From NCBI GenBank assembly GCA_026401075.1, contig JAPLNQ010000163.1, positions 498 to 64,497 on the forward strand: a stretch of DNA of 64,000 bases. Reading direction: 5' to 3'. The translations under genes were made by a program, and so were the position numbers. Below the pieces are notes generated by a model. That model was given only the letters and a program-made list of their open reading frames with translations. It was not told the origin of the DNA and did not search any database. This document shows, in pieces, positions 48,111 to 56,331 of this stretch. This stretch comes from Planctomycetia bacterium (GTDB lineage Bacteria > Planctomycetota > Planctomycetia > Pirellulales > UBA1268). How positions within the stretch are numbered: position 1 is the stretch's first letter; each line of letters opens with the position of its first letter.

Positions 48111-49562
48111 ATGATCGTCAACCACTCTCCCGCCCCGGCCGCAGCGGATTCGCAACCCCCGCGGCTGGCGAAAAAGCGGTTTCTGCACGACGCGGCGGAG
48201 TATGTCCGCGACACGGGCCACCGCGCCTTTGTCCGCAAGGCGCTCAACGGCTACTACGCCAGCCGCGACCTCCAAAAAGCCCGCTTTCGAAACTGGGAGC
48301 ATGCCCGAGACGCGGCCAGCCTGGCGAAATGGTCGGCTGTGAACCGGCTCGACGAACTCCTGCCCCGATTCGTCGCCGCCTTCGAGGCCAATGGCGGGCA
48401 GGTGCACTGGGCGCGGGATGCCGAAGAGGCGCGAAAGATCGTACTGGAATTGGTGCGGGCCGCCCGTGCCAAGGCGATCATCAAGAGCAAGTGCATGACC
48501 AGCGAGGAGATCCACTTAAACGCGGCGCTCGAGGCCGATGGCTACGGCGTGGTGGAGAGCGACCTGGGCGAGTTCATCCAGCAGCTCCGCGGAGAACCGC
48601 CGTATCACTTCGTCTTCCCCTGCATGCATGTCCGTCGGGATGAGATCAGCGACCTGTTCGGCAAGCATCTCGGCACGGCACCGACCGACAGCCCCGAGGA
48701 ACTCACGATGATCGCCCGACGGCACATGCGCCGGCTCTACATCGATGCCGACGTGGGGATCACGGGGGCGAACTTTCTCGTTGCCGAGACCGGCCAGATC
48801 TCGATCACGGAAAACGAGGGCAATGCCCGGCTCACGGCGGCGCTGCCGCGGGTCCACATCGCCATCTCTGGCATCGAAAAGGTGGTGGAGCACCTCGACG
48901 ACCTCGCAGTGCTCCTGCCGATGCTGGCCACGGCCGGGACGGGCCAGCCCATGACCTGCTACAACACGCTTTATGCAGGGCCACGTCGCGCCGGCGAGGC
49001 CGACGGCCCCGAGGAGATGCATTTGGTCCTCCTCGACAACTCGCGGACGGCGATCCTCGCCGACCCCGAGCAGCGGGACAGCCTCCACTGCATTCGTTGC
49101 GGCGCCTGCCTGAATGTCTGCCCGATCTTCAAGAATGTCGGCGGCTTCACCTACGGCACCACCTACCAGGGCCCGATCGGATCGGTGATCACGCCGCACC
49201 TCCGTGGTCTCGCCGACTGGAACCACCTCTCGGCAGCCAGTTCGCTCTGCGGAGCCTGCACCGATGCCTGTCCGGTGCGAATCGACATTGCCCATCACCT
49301 GCTCCACAACCGCCGCAACGCCGCCCGCACCGCCCCCAACGCCTGGGAACGCCTGGGACACAGGCTGTTTGTGATGGTGGCCCGCCGCCCTTGGCTCTTC
49401 GGCCTGGGCGGGGCGGTCTTTCGCCACACGCTGCCTCTGCTGAAGGCTCTCCGGCCGCCGCTGTTGCGGGACTGGCTCGCCTCGCGCGACCTGCCGGCGG
49501 CCCCGCGGCAGAGTTTCCGCCGACAGTGGGAGCGCCGGCAGCCGCGGGAGGGCAGGGCATGA
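48111..49562 (+). CDS. lutB: Lactate utilisation protein B (4Fe-4S ferredoxin-type, LUD domain)
   Basis: Track ORF 47193..49562. ATG 48111 follows GATGGAGG. CIRCGACLNVCP and CGACTDACP clusters. Confidence 0.88.
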   Translation: MIVNHSPAPAAADSQPPRLAKKRFLHDAAEYVRDTGHRAFVRKALNGYYASRDLQKARFRNWEHARDAASLAKWSAVNRLDELLPRFVAAFEANGGQVHWARDAEEARKIVLELVRAARAKAIIKSKCMTSEEIHLNAALEADGYGVVESDLGEFIQQLRGEPPYHFVFPCMHVRRDEISDLFGKHLGTAPTDSPEELTMIARRHMRRLYIDADVGITGANFLVAETGQISITENEGNARLTAALPRVHIAISGIEKVVEHLDDLAVLLPMLATAGTGQPMTCYNTLYAGPRRAGEADGPEEMHLVLLDNSRTAILADPEQRDSLHCIRCGACLNVCPIFKNVGGFTYGTTYQGPIGSVITPHLRGLADWNHLSAASSLCGACTDACPVRIDIAHHLLHNRRNAARTAPNAWERLGHRLFVMVARRPWLFGLGGAVFRHTLPLLKALRPPLLRDWLASRDLPAAPRQSFRRQWERRQPREGRA

Positions 49563-50362
49563 GCGGCGAGACGGGGATGTCGGCCCGCGAGGTGATCTTG
49601 GCGCGGATCACCGAGGCACTGCGCGTGCCGGCACCGCTCCCGCACGGCCTTACAGCGGAAAGCCAGTCACAGGTACGCCAGCCACAGCCGCGAGCAGCGG
49701 TGACGACCAGCGGCGCGTCCACGGCGGGCATCACGGTTACGCACGCCGCCGCGGGACTCCCCACCCTCACCGTGCTGCCCGAGGAGGTGGCCCGGCCATG
49801 GCTGCCCGATGGCGGTGAGACGCAGGCCGAACGGTTGCAGCTTCTGATCGAGAATCTCGTCAAACTCCGCGCCATCGTGCAGCAGGTGCCCGATCTCACC
49901 GCCGCCAGCGACTACCTCTTCACGATCGCGCGGGAACGGGACTGGCAGCGAGTCGCCTGGCATCCCCATCCGCTGGTGGAACCGCTTCTGGGTGGCGTGC
50001 CATGCGCGACCTACCGCGTCGACGCCGCGGATTTTGAGAAAAACTCGCTTGAATCCTGCGATGCCGGCATCACGTCGTGCGAGGCGCTGGTCGCCCAGAC
50101 CGGTTCGATTCTCGTCTCCAGCGCCACCTCGGGCGGACGGGCGCTCTCGATCCTGCCGCACGTGCACATCGTCGTGGCCACGTGCGACCAGATCGTGGCC
50201 ACGCTCGCCGATGCCCTCCATGCCGCGAAGGAAAGGCATGAGGGCCACATGCCGAGCATGCTCTCCTTCATCACCGGCCCCAGCCGCACCGGCGACATCG
50301 AGCGGATCCTCGTACTGGGGGCCCACGGGCCGAAGGAATTGATCCTCATCCTGGTCGGCTGA
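49559..50362 (+). CDS. lutC: Lactate utilisation protein C (LUD domain)
   Basis: Track ORF 49097..50362. ATG 49559 overlaps the lutB TGA (ATGA). ITSCEALVAQTGSILVSS...ILPHVHIVV... Confidence 0.8.
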   Translation: MSGETGMSAREVILARITEALRVPAPLPHGLTAESQSQVRQPQPRAAVTTSGASTAGITVTHAAAGLPTLTVLPEEVARPWLPDGGETQAERLQLLIENLVKLRAIVQQVPDLTAASDYLFTIARERDWQRVAWHPHPLVEPLLGGVPCATYRVDAADFEKNSLESCDAGITSCEALVAQTGSILVSSATSGGRALSILPHVHIVVATCDQIVATLADALHAAKERHEGHMPSMLSFITGPSRTGDIERILVLGAHGPKELILILVG

Positions 50363-50463
50363 TCCTGGTCGTGTGGCCGACGATTTGCCTTTTGTCTTGG
50401 ACACGCCTACCGTTTATTGGACGAAGCGGTTGAGGTTGTGGCGAAAAGGAAAATGAGGATCGC

Positions 50464-51039
50464 ATGTCTGCGAGAGTGGCACGCACGGCTTCGATCGGCC
50501 GATTTTCCTGCCGGATGCCGGCGATCGGTCGCCGGGCAGCGCGCGTGACCTACGCAGTCCTGGTCCTCGCCGCCCAGATTGCCTTGCTGTCGCCGGGCGT
50601 CTGCGACGCCTGCGTGAAGGGCTGCTGCGAGAGCGGCACACCCCGGATCGTAGACGTCGCCTCTCCCATTCTGGGATCGAATCTGCCGTCATCCACTGGC
50701 ATCAGTGGCTGCGGGTCGGACCGTTGCTGCTGCCTTCCCGTCGCAGACCGCGACGCCGAAAGGCGGGCGGATCGTGGTGCCGCTGGCGTCACCGCGGCCT
50801 GCCGCTGCCAGCTTGAGCCGCGGCAGATCCCGCCGGCCGACCTCCAGTCTGGGGGATTCTCCGGCCGGCGCGAGATCGTCCGATCGTGGACAAACGTGGA
50901 TGCGGATGTGCCCGTGGCCTGGCTGCCGCCGCTCACCGGGCGGCACGATGGCCTGCAGTCGCTCGCCTTCGCCCAGGCATCGGCAGCCGCGATTCCATCC
51001 CGCCCGGTCCGGGTGCTCTATGGGGTCTGGCGGAATTGA
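50464..51039 (+). CDS. Hypothetical membrane-anchored/exported Cys-motif protein (GVCDACVKGCCESG)
   Basis: GAGGA lies 6 nt upstream of the ATG. Strong G/C third-position bias in this frame. Hydrophobic segment VTYAVLVLAAQIALL, followed by Cys blocks (11 Cys in total). Confidence 0.6.
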   Translation: MSARVARTASIGRFSCRMPAIGRRAARVTYAVLVLAAQIALLSPGVCDACVKGCCESGTPRIVDVASPILGSNLPSSTGISGCGSDRCCCLPVADRDAERRADRGAAGVTAACRCQLEPRQIPPADLQSGGFSGRREIVRSWTNVDADVPVAWLPPLTGRHDGLQSLAFAQASAAAIPSRPVRVLYGVWRN

Positions 51040-51127
51040 ATCGCTCGACGTCTCTCGTCGAGCCCTTGCCGGCACACGTCGTGGCGGCACTGATTCACTT
51101 TCCTGTCTGATTTCAAGGAGCTTTTCC

Positions 51128-51313
51128 ATGTTTCCATTGTTGCTTTGGACTGCGTTCTTTCTGGCCCCGATGAGCACTGCCACGGCCCAGGCTGGCTGTG
51201 GGGTGTGCGACTGCTGCGGCTGCTGCGAAAGCGGCGTGTGTGCCTGCAAGGTCTGCGCGTGCTGCTGCTGTCAGACCGACTGCTGTGACGGAGGCGGGTG
51301 CTGCAGCCGCTAA
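51128..51313 (+). CDS. 61-aa exported peptide with 17 cysteines (metallothionein-like density)
   Basis: AAGGAG lies 8 nt upstream of the ATG. MFPLLLWTAFFLAPMSTATAQA signal (AQA site), then GCGVCDCCGCCESGVCACKVCACCCCQTDCCDGGGCCSR. An intrinsic terminator lies 38 nt downstream. Confidence 0.65.
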   Translation: MFPLLLWTAFFLAPMSTATAQAGCGVCDCCGCCESGVCACKVCACCCCQTDCCDGGGCCSR

Positions 51314-51351
51314 CCGTCTGACCAGCCGGCTTCGAGCCAGTCGTTGTTTCG

Positions 51352-51388
51352 CCGGCCGGGCGGCCTCTGCCGCCCGGCCGGTCTTTTT
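51352..51388 (+). terminator. Intrinsic terminator
   Basis: Perfect 12-bp GC stem (ccggccgggcgg / ccgcccggccgg), 6-nt loop, then tcttttt. Confidence 0.75.
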
Positions 51389-51420
51389 GGCGCATCGTCT
51401 GGCCTGCTACCATCCGAACC

Positions 51421-51612
51421 ATGACGTCACCCCGCTGCCCTGTCTGTCAGGGCCAAACCCTTGAGATTCGCGCCAAACTGATCTGCCGGGAATGCGGCAT
51501 GATCCTCGAAACCTGCTGCGAGGGCGGGCCCATGGGGCAGGGCATTTCCTGCCCGCAGCCGCCTGCATCACCGGCACCATCGGCGCCACCTGACGAATCT
51601 CAGCGCGGCTGA
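51421..51612 (+). CDS. Small zinc-ribbon protein (hypothetical)
   Basis: 63 aa. CPVCQG-x14-CRECG, then ETCCEGG and a Pro-rich tail. G/C third-position bias. No obvious SD, so moderate confidence only. Confidence 0.4.
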   Translation: MTSPRCPVCQGQTLEIRAKLICRECGMILETCCEGGPMGQGISCPQPPASPAPSAPPDESQRG

Positions 51613-51841
51613 GTTTTTCGACCAGGAAAGATCGATCTTCTGGTGTGAGTTTGCCTGTCGCGCAAACCCTGGCGATCGCGGTGAGATGCCACGTACGGCT
51701 CTGCGATCTGCTTCGGGAGTGCGGCTGTCGACTCGGCCGGGACGATTGCGGCGGAAGTTCACCGACTGGGGGTGGCCTCCACGCGAAGCCTGGAAACGTG
51801 GTTGCAAAACGTTTTGCCTGTTTTTTCCTCTGGAGGTTCCT

Positions 51842-53359
51842 GTGAAGAAGCGTTTGACTTTCGGCTTCCTGCCCTGGATAGCCGCCGCCGGCGTGTGTGT
51901 CGTTGGTGGTTTTGTTCGTGGTGAAGATGCCGCGACGAGTGTTGCGGCTGACGGTTCCGTCCTGGTAGGCGGTGCCGATGCCGCTGCGGCCGCTCCGGCC
52001 GAAGCTGCCGTTGCGGGCGACGCCTGCATGAAGACGGTGAAGGTATGGAAGATGGTCCCGGAGATCCGGGAAGTGGAGAGCACGGAGTGGGCGACCGAGG
52101 TCCGTGAGCGTTCGTTCACGGTTACCAAGAAGGTCCCGCGGATCGAAGAGCGGACACGGAACTACACGGTGATGGTGCCGGAGCAGCGCACGAAGTCGGT
52201 GGACTACACCGTCAACGTGAACGTTCCGGAGACGCGGACGGCGACCTACAACGTGTCCGTGCCCTACACCGAGCAGCGTGAAGATTCCTACAAGGTGATG
52301 GTGCCGGTCAAGGAAGAGCGGACCCGGTCGTGGAAGGTGAACGTGCCCTACACCGAGCAGGTCGAGCAGACCTACACGGTGATGGTGCCGGTCAAGGAAG
52401 AGCGGACGGCCACCTACAAGGTGAACGTGCCCTACACCGAGCAGCGGACGGCCACCTACAAGGTGAACGTGCCCTACACCGAGCAGCTCGAGCAGGCTTA
52501 CTCGGTGATGGTGCCCTACACCGAGCAGCTGACCGGCTATCGCACGGTGTCGAAGCGCGTGCCCACCAAGAGCACGAAGACCGTGACCTGCCGTGGTGGC
52601 AGCTGGGTGACCGAGGCCAAGGAGATTTCCGCCAACGGCAAGTATGACGCCGCCGGCAATCCCTGCTGCCCGAAGGTCGTCTGCTGCCGTCGCTGGGTCC
52701 CCACCTGCGAGACCAAGGAGATCGAGGTCACGCTGTGGAAGGTCGAGTGCGAGCAGGTTGCCTACACCTACTGCGTGAAGAAGAGCCGCTGCGAGCAGCG
52801 GACGCGGACGGTGTGCGTGCAGAAGAGCCGTTGCGAAGAGCGGACCCGTAACTACTGCGTGAAGCTGTCACGCTGCGAGGAGCGGACCCGCAACTACTGT
52901 GTCACGAAGATGGTTCCGGAGAACCGCACCCGGATGATCTGCGTGAAGAAGTCGCGTTGCGAGGATCGGTCGGCCACCTACTGCGTCACCAAGATGGTTC
53001 CGGAGTGCCGGACCCGTACGGTGTGCGTGAAGAAGTGCCGCACCGAGACCCGCACCCGCGAGTACACGGTGAACAAGTGCGTGCCTGAGACGCGGACCAA
53101 GGAAGTTTCCTACACGGTGATGGTGCCGGTCCAGAAGACCGCCAACTACACGGTGTGCGTCAGCGACAACGTGTCGGAGACGAAGACCGAGTCGTACGTC
53201 GTCCGCGTGCCCAAGAAGGTCACGAAGTCGGTGTGCACGCAGGTCCGCAAGTGCGTCGAAGAGCAGGTCCCGGCCGACAACGGCTGTGGCGGCTCGGGCA
53301 GCAATGGCGGCAACGGTGCCGGCAAGCGTGGCCTCCTCGGCTGCAAGAAGGGCTGCTAA
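51842..53359 (+). CDS. YTV-repeat, Cys-rich secreted envelope protein
   Basis: Track ORF 51686..53359. The GTG at 51842 has GGAGG 5 nt upstream. Signal VKKRLTFGFLPWIAAAGVCVVGG. Many Y-T-V/Y-K-V-containing repeats (NYTVMVPEQRT, TYKVNVPYTEQ) in the first half and CVKKSRCEERTRNY-type repeats in the second. About 29 Cys. Confidence 0.85.
   Translation: MKKRLTFGFLPWIAAAGVCVVGGFVRGEDAATSVAADGSVLVGGADAAAAAPAEAAVAGDACMKTVKVWKMVPEIREVESTEWATEVRERSFTVTKKVPRIEERTRNYTVMVPEQRTKSVDYTVNVNVPETRTATYNVSVPYTEQREDSYKVMVPVKEERTRSWKVNVPYTEQVEQTYTVMVPVKEERTATYKVNVPYTEQRTATYKVNVPYTEQLEQAYSVMVPYTEQLTGYRTVSKRVPTKSTKTVTCRGGSWVTEAKEISANGKYDAAGNPCCPKVVCCRRWVPTCETKEIEVTLWKVECEQVAYTYCVKKSRCEQRTRTVCVQKSRCEERTRNYCVKLSRCEERTRNYCVTKMVPENRTRMICVKKSRCEDRSATYCVTKMVPECRTRTVCVKKCRTETRTREYTVNKCVPETRTKEVSYTVMVPVQKTANYTVCVSDNVSETKTESYVVRVPKKVTKSVCTQVRKCVEEQVPADNGCGGSGSNGGNGAGKRGLLGCKKGC
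52403..52486 (+). repeat. Perfect 42-bp tandem duplication inside the YTV gene
   Basis: cggacggccacctacaaggtgaacgtgccctacaccgagcag x2 (RTATYKVNVPYTEQ x2), embedded in an ~81-bp higher-order repeat starting near 52296. Confidence 0.9.
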
Positions 53360-53408
53360 TTGAGCCCCACCCTGAGCTGTTGGCCTGGGTGAAGCATGAG
53401 AAAGCAAA

Positions 53409-53438
53409 GCGGGCCGGGCGTGAAAACGCCCGGCCCGC
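53409..53438 (+). terminator. Putative terminator hairpin after the YTV gene
   Basis: Perfect 13-bp stem gcgggccgggcgt / acgcccggcccgc with a GAAA loop. Only a weak T tract follows (ccgcttt). Confidence 0.5.
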
Positions 53439-53513
53439 CCGCTTTGAGCCCGCGGCCTTTTTCTCTGTCTTTTGGCCTTGTCCGCCCCCGTCCTCGCTGC
53501 GACGCTCCGCCGC

Positions 53514-54746
53514 ATGAGCAGGATCACGGGTGTCTGGAAACGCAGGCTGCGGCCTCTCCTGCTGACGGCCGTCCGCCGGCGGTTCGGCTTCGGCGTGCCC
53601 ACGCCCCGTGCCGCCACCACCATGGCCGCACTGGCCACCGCCGGCCGGTGCGAATCGGTTCGCCTCGACGATCTCCCACGGCAGCTGCTCCCGGCACACG
53701 ATGTCACAGGCGACCTCCTCGCCGTGGCGCAGGTTCGGGCACAGATCGACAATCCGGTGACGCGGGCACAGTATGACCGGCTGCTGCGAGGCACCGTCAT
53801 CCAGCCGGCAGTGCAGTCGTTCGTGGCAGCGCTGACGGACGGCCGCGTGACCCACGATGCCGGCGTCGTGATGGCCGGCGGCGATGCCGTGCTCGAGGAG
53901 GTCTCGGGCCTCGGGTTTGCCAGCGACAACCCCACCAACCCGCTGCACATGTCGCATCTGCCGCGACCCCGACAGACACCGCACACGGTGGCAGTGCTCA
54001 CCACCGGGTCGAACCACAACTACTACCACTGGCTCCTGGAGGCGGTTCCCAGGCTCGATCTCTACGCGCGGTCGGGGCTGCCCATCGACCGCTTCTATGC
54101 CCCAATCAACTCAAGATTCCAGCGGGAGACCCTCGCGCTTCTGGGCATCCCACGGGAGCAGATCGTGCCGGCAACCCGCCACACCCACCTGGCTCCGGCT
54201 CGACTGGTGGTCTCCTCATTCCACGGCAGCCTCTCCCGCGTGAAGACTGATTTTCTCTTCCGCAGGCTCACCGCGCATGTGGGCCTCTGGGCCGGCCCGC
54301 CCCAGAGGATCTTCGTCTCGCGCGGAAGCCGCGGCGTGCGGTCGATCGTGAACGAGCGCGAGGTGCTGAGGGTGCTGCGCCCGCTGGGCTTCGAACGGCT
54401 CCGGCTGGAGGGCATGCCGCTGGCCAAACAGATCGCGGTCTTTTCCAGGGCCGAGTGCGTGGTTGGCCCGCACGGCGCGGGGCTGACCAACCTCACGTTC
54501 TGCCGTCCCGGCACGAAGGTCGTCGAGATCGGCACGCCCTACCGCCCCTGGACCTGCTTCTATGAGATCGCGCATCACCGCGGGCTCGACTACCACCTGC
54601 ACATGGCCAGCCCGACGCGTGTCAGGCACTTCAATCCGCAGACGGCCGTGGGGGATTCCGACCTACGGGTCGATCCTGCAGGGCTGCGGGACGTGGTCGA
54701 GTCGCTGCTCTCGGGTCGATCCCGCCTTCCTGAACGGGTGGCCTGA
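53514..54746 (+). CDS. Glycosyltransferase family 61 (DUF563) protein
   Basis: Track ORF 53472..54746. NYYHWLLEAVPRL and VVGPHGAGLTNLTFCRPGTKVVEI, characteristic of GT61/DUF563. Confidence 0.75.
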   Translation: MSRITGVWKRRLRPLLLTAVRRRFGFGVPTPRAATTMAALATAGRCESVRLDDLPRQLLPAHDVTGDLLAVAQVRAQIDNPVTRAQYDRLLRGTVIQPAVQSFVAALTDGRVTHDAGVVMAGGDAVLEEVSGLGFASDNPTNPLHMSHLPRPRQTPHTVAVLTTGSNHNYYHWLLEAVPRLDLYARSGLPIDRFYAPINSRFQRETLALLGIPREQIVPATRHTHLAPARLVVSSFHGSLSRVKTDFLFRRLTAHVGLWAGPPQRIFVSRGSRGVRSIVNEREVLRVLRPLGFERLRLEGMPLAKQIAVFSRAECVVGPHGAGLTNLTFCRPGTKVVEIGTPYRPWTCFYEIAHHRGLDYHLHMASPTRVRHFNPQTAVGDSDLRVDPAGLRDVVESLLSGRSRLPERVA

Positions 54747-54846
54747 ACGTCACCTGCCGCAGACGCCAGCGGTGGCGTATCATCACGCAACCCTCCAGGA
54801 TGCAGGTGCACCATCCCCAAGGAAACCGACCGTGCAACCGCTCTCC

Positions 54847-56298
54847 ATGTCCGGCCCGATGCAGGCAGTCGATCCGACGGCCCAGCGGGCCGTCGCCATC
54901 AATCTCGACGACTCCATCTATGGCAACTTTGCCGAGATCGGTGCCGGCCAGGAGGTGGCCCGCTGGTTCTTCGCCGTGGGCGGCGCGGCAGGCACGGTGG
55001 CGAAGTCGATCTCCGCCTACGACATGACCGTCAGCGATGCCATCTATGGCAAGACGCAGCGATATGTCTCACGGGAGCGGATCGAGCAGATGCTCGACCA
55101 TGAATATGACCTCCTGCGCGAGCGTCTCGACAGCGTGCGGGGCGACCGGACGCGGTTCTTCGTCTTTGCCGACACCGCAGCGGCCCGCTCCTTCAAAGGT
55201 GGCAACGAATGCCACGCCTGGATGGGCTTGCGGTTCCAGCATGCCGTGCGATCACCGACCAGCGACATTCTTCTCCATGTGCGCATGCTCGACGCCACCA
55301 ACGCCCTGCAGCAGGAAGCGGTGGGCCGGCTGGGTGTGAACCTGACCTATGCAGCCTTCCACCACTGGCAGGATCCGCGGGCGTTGATTGAAAGTCTGCT
55401 CGATGCCATCGGCCGCGAGCGGCTGGAGATCGACTGGATCGACATGCGCGGGCCGGCCTTCGGCGGCATCGACAACCGGCTGCTGAGCCTCCATCTGGTG
55501 CGGATTGGCTTCACGCCGGCGCTCCTCTTCGACGTGGACGGCACGCCGCTGTTGGCCTCGGAGTCGATCCGGAAAACCCGAGTGCTGATCGAACGCGGAC
55601 GGTTCGCACCGGTGACCAAACTGAATCTCGAGATGATGGACCGCGCCCGCGTGATCTTTGAGGCCGACACGGCACAGCCCGCCAGCCGCCAGCCCGCCGG
55701 CGCTTCGCCCAGCCAGCCGGGCGAGATCCACGAGATCATGGAGATCACCATGAACAACCTGCGGGATCGTGGCACCGCAGAAGATGCCGATTTCCTGGCC
55801 CGTGTCGACCTGCTCTCCGCCGTCGGCAAGATGGTGCTCGTCACCGACATCGGCGCGTTCCACTCGCTCGGGAAATACCTCGCCGATCGGCATGTCGAAC
55901 GGACCGGTCTCGTGCTCGGTGTGCCGCTGCTGCGGGAACTCTTCAACGAGAGCCACTACCAGCATCTCGACGGCGGCATTCTCGAAGCTTTCGGCAGGCT
56001 GTTCACGCACCGTGTCCGGCTCTACGTGCATCCGACACGGGACATGCTCGACGGGCGGGTGATCACCGCCGACACCGTCACGGTGGCCCCGCATCTCACG
56101 CACCTGCTCGAACATCTCCGCGTCAACGGCCTGATCCGCGGCCTGCCGTGCGACGAGTCGGCGCTTCGCACCTATTCCAGCGAGGAGGTACGGTCGCGGA
56201 TCTGCTCCGGCGATCCATCGTGGAAGGAGCTCGTGGCTCCTGAAGTCGCCGCCCACATTGAGCAGAACGGCTATTTCGGGGCCCGCTGCCCCACGTAG
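54847..56298 (+). CDS. Conserved hypothetical protein (function unknown)
   Basis: Track ORF 54562..56298. The start is set at ATG 54847, after the GT61 stop. The N-terminal block IYGNFAEIGAGQEVARWFFAVGGAAGTVAKSISAYDMTVSDAIYG looks like a conserved family signature that I cannot name. Confidence 0.6.
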   Translation: MSGPMQAVDPTAQRAVAINLDDSIYGNFAEIGAGQEVARWFFAVGGAAGTVAKSISAYDMTVSDAIYGKTQRYVSRERIEQMLDHEYDLLRERLDSVRGDRTRFFVFADTAAARSFKGGNECHAWMGLRFQHAVRSPTSDILLHVRMLDATNALQQEAVGRLGVNLTYAAFHHWQDPRALIESLLDAIGRERLEIDWIDMRGPAFGGIDNRLLSLHLVRIGFTPALLFDVDGTPLLASESIRKTRVLIERGRFAPVTKLNLEMMDRARVIFEADTAQPASRQPAGASPSQPGEIHEIMEITMNNLRDRGTAEDADFLARVDLLSAVGKMVLVTDIGAFHSLGKYLADRHVERTGLVLGVPLLRELFNESHYQHLDGGILEAFGRLFTHRVRLYVHPTRDMLDGRVITADTVTVAPHLTHLLEHLRVNGLIRGLPCDESALRTYSSEEVRSRICSGDPSWKELVAPEVAAHIEQNGYFGARCPT

Positions 56299-56331
56299 TC
56301 CGCACCCGCCAAAACGCCATCCATCCGCACC

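Noticed and set aside
50464-50560. Possible twin-arginine (Tat) signal in ORF1 (IGRRAARVTYAVLVLAAQ).
   Set aside because: RR is present, but the consensus S/T-R-R-x-F-L-K is poorly matched, and the protein is Cys-rich rather than cofactor-binding. It cannot be decided without TatP/SignalP.
51128-51313. The Cys-rich peptide as a RiPP precursor (lanthipeptide, sactipeptide or thiopeptide).
   Set aside because: The window has no radical-SAM, LanB/C/M, YcaO, peptidase-containing ABC transporter or immunity genes. The leader looks like a Sec signal rather than a RiPP leader. The possibility stays open only if a maturase is encoded elsewhere.
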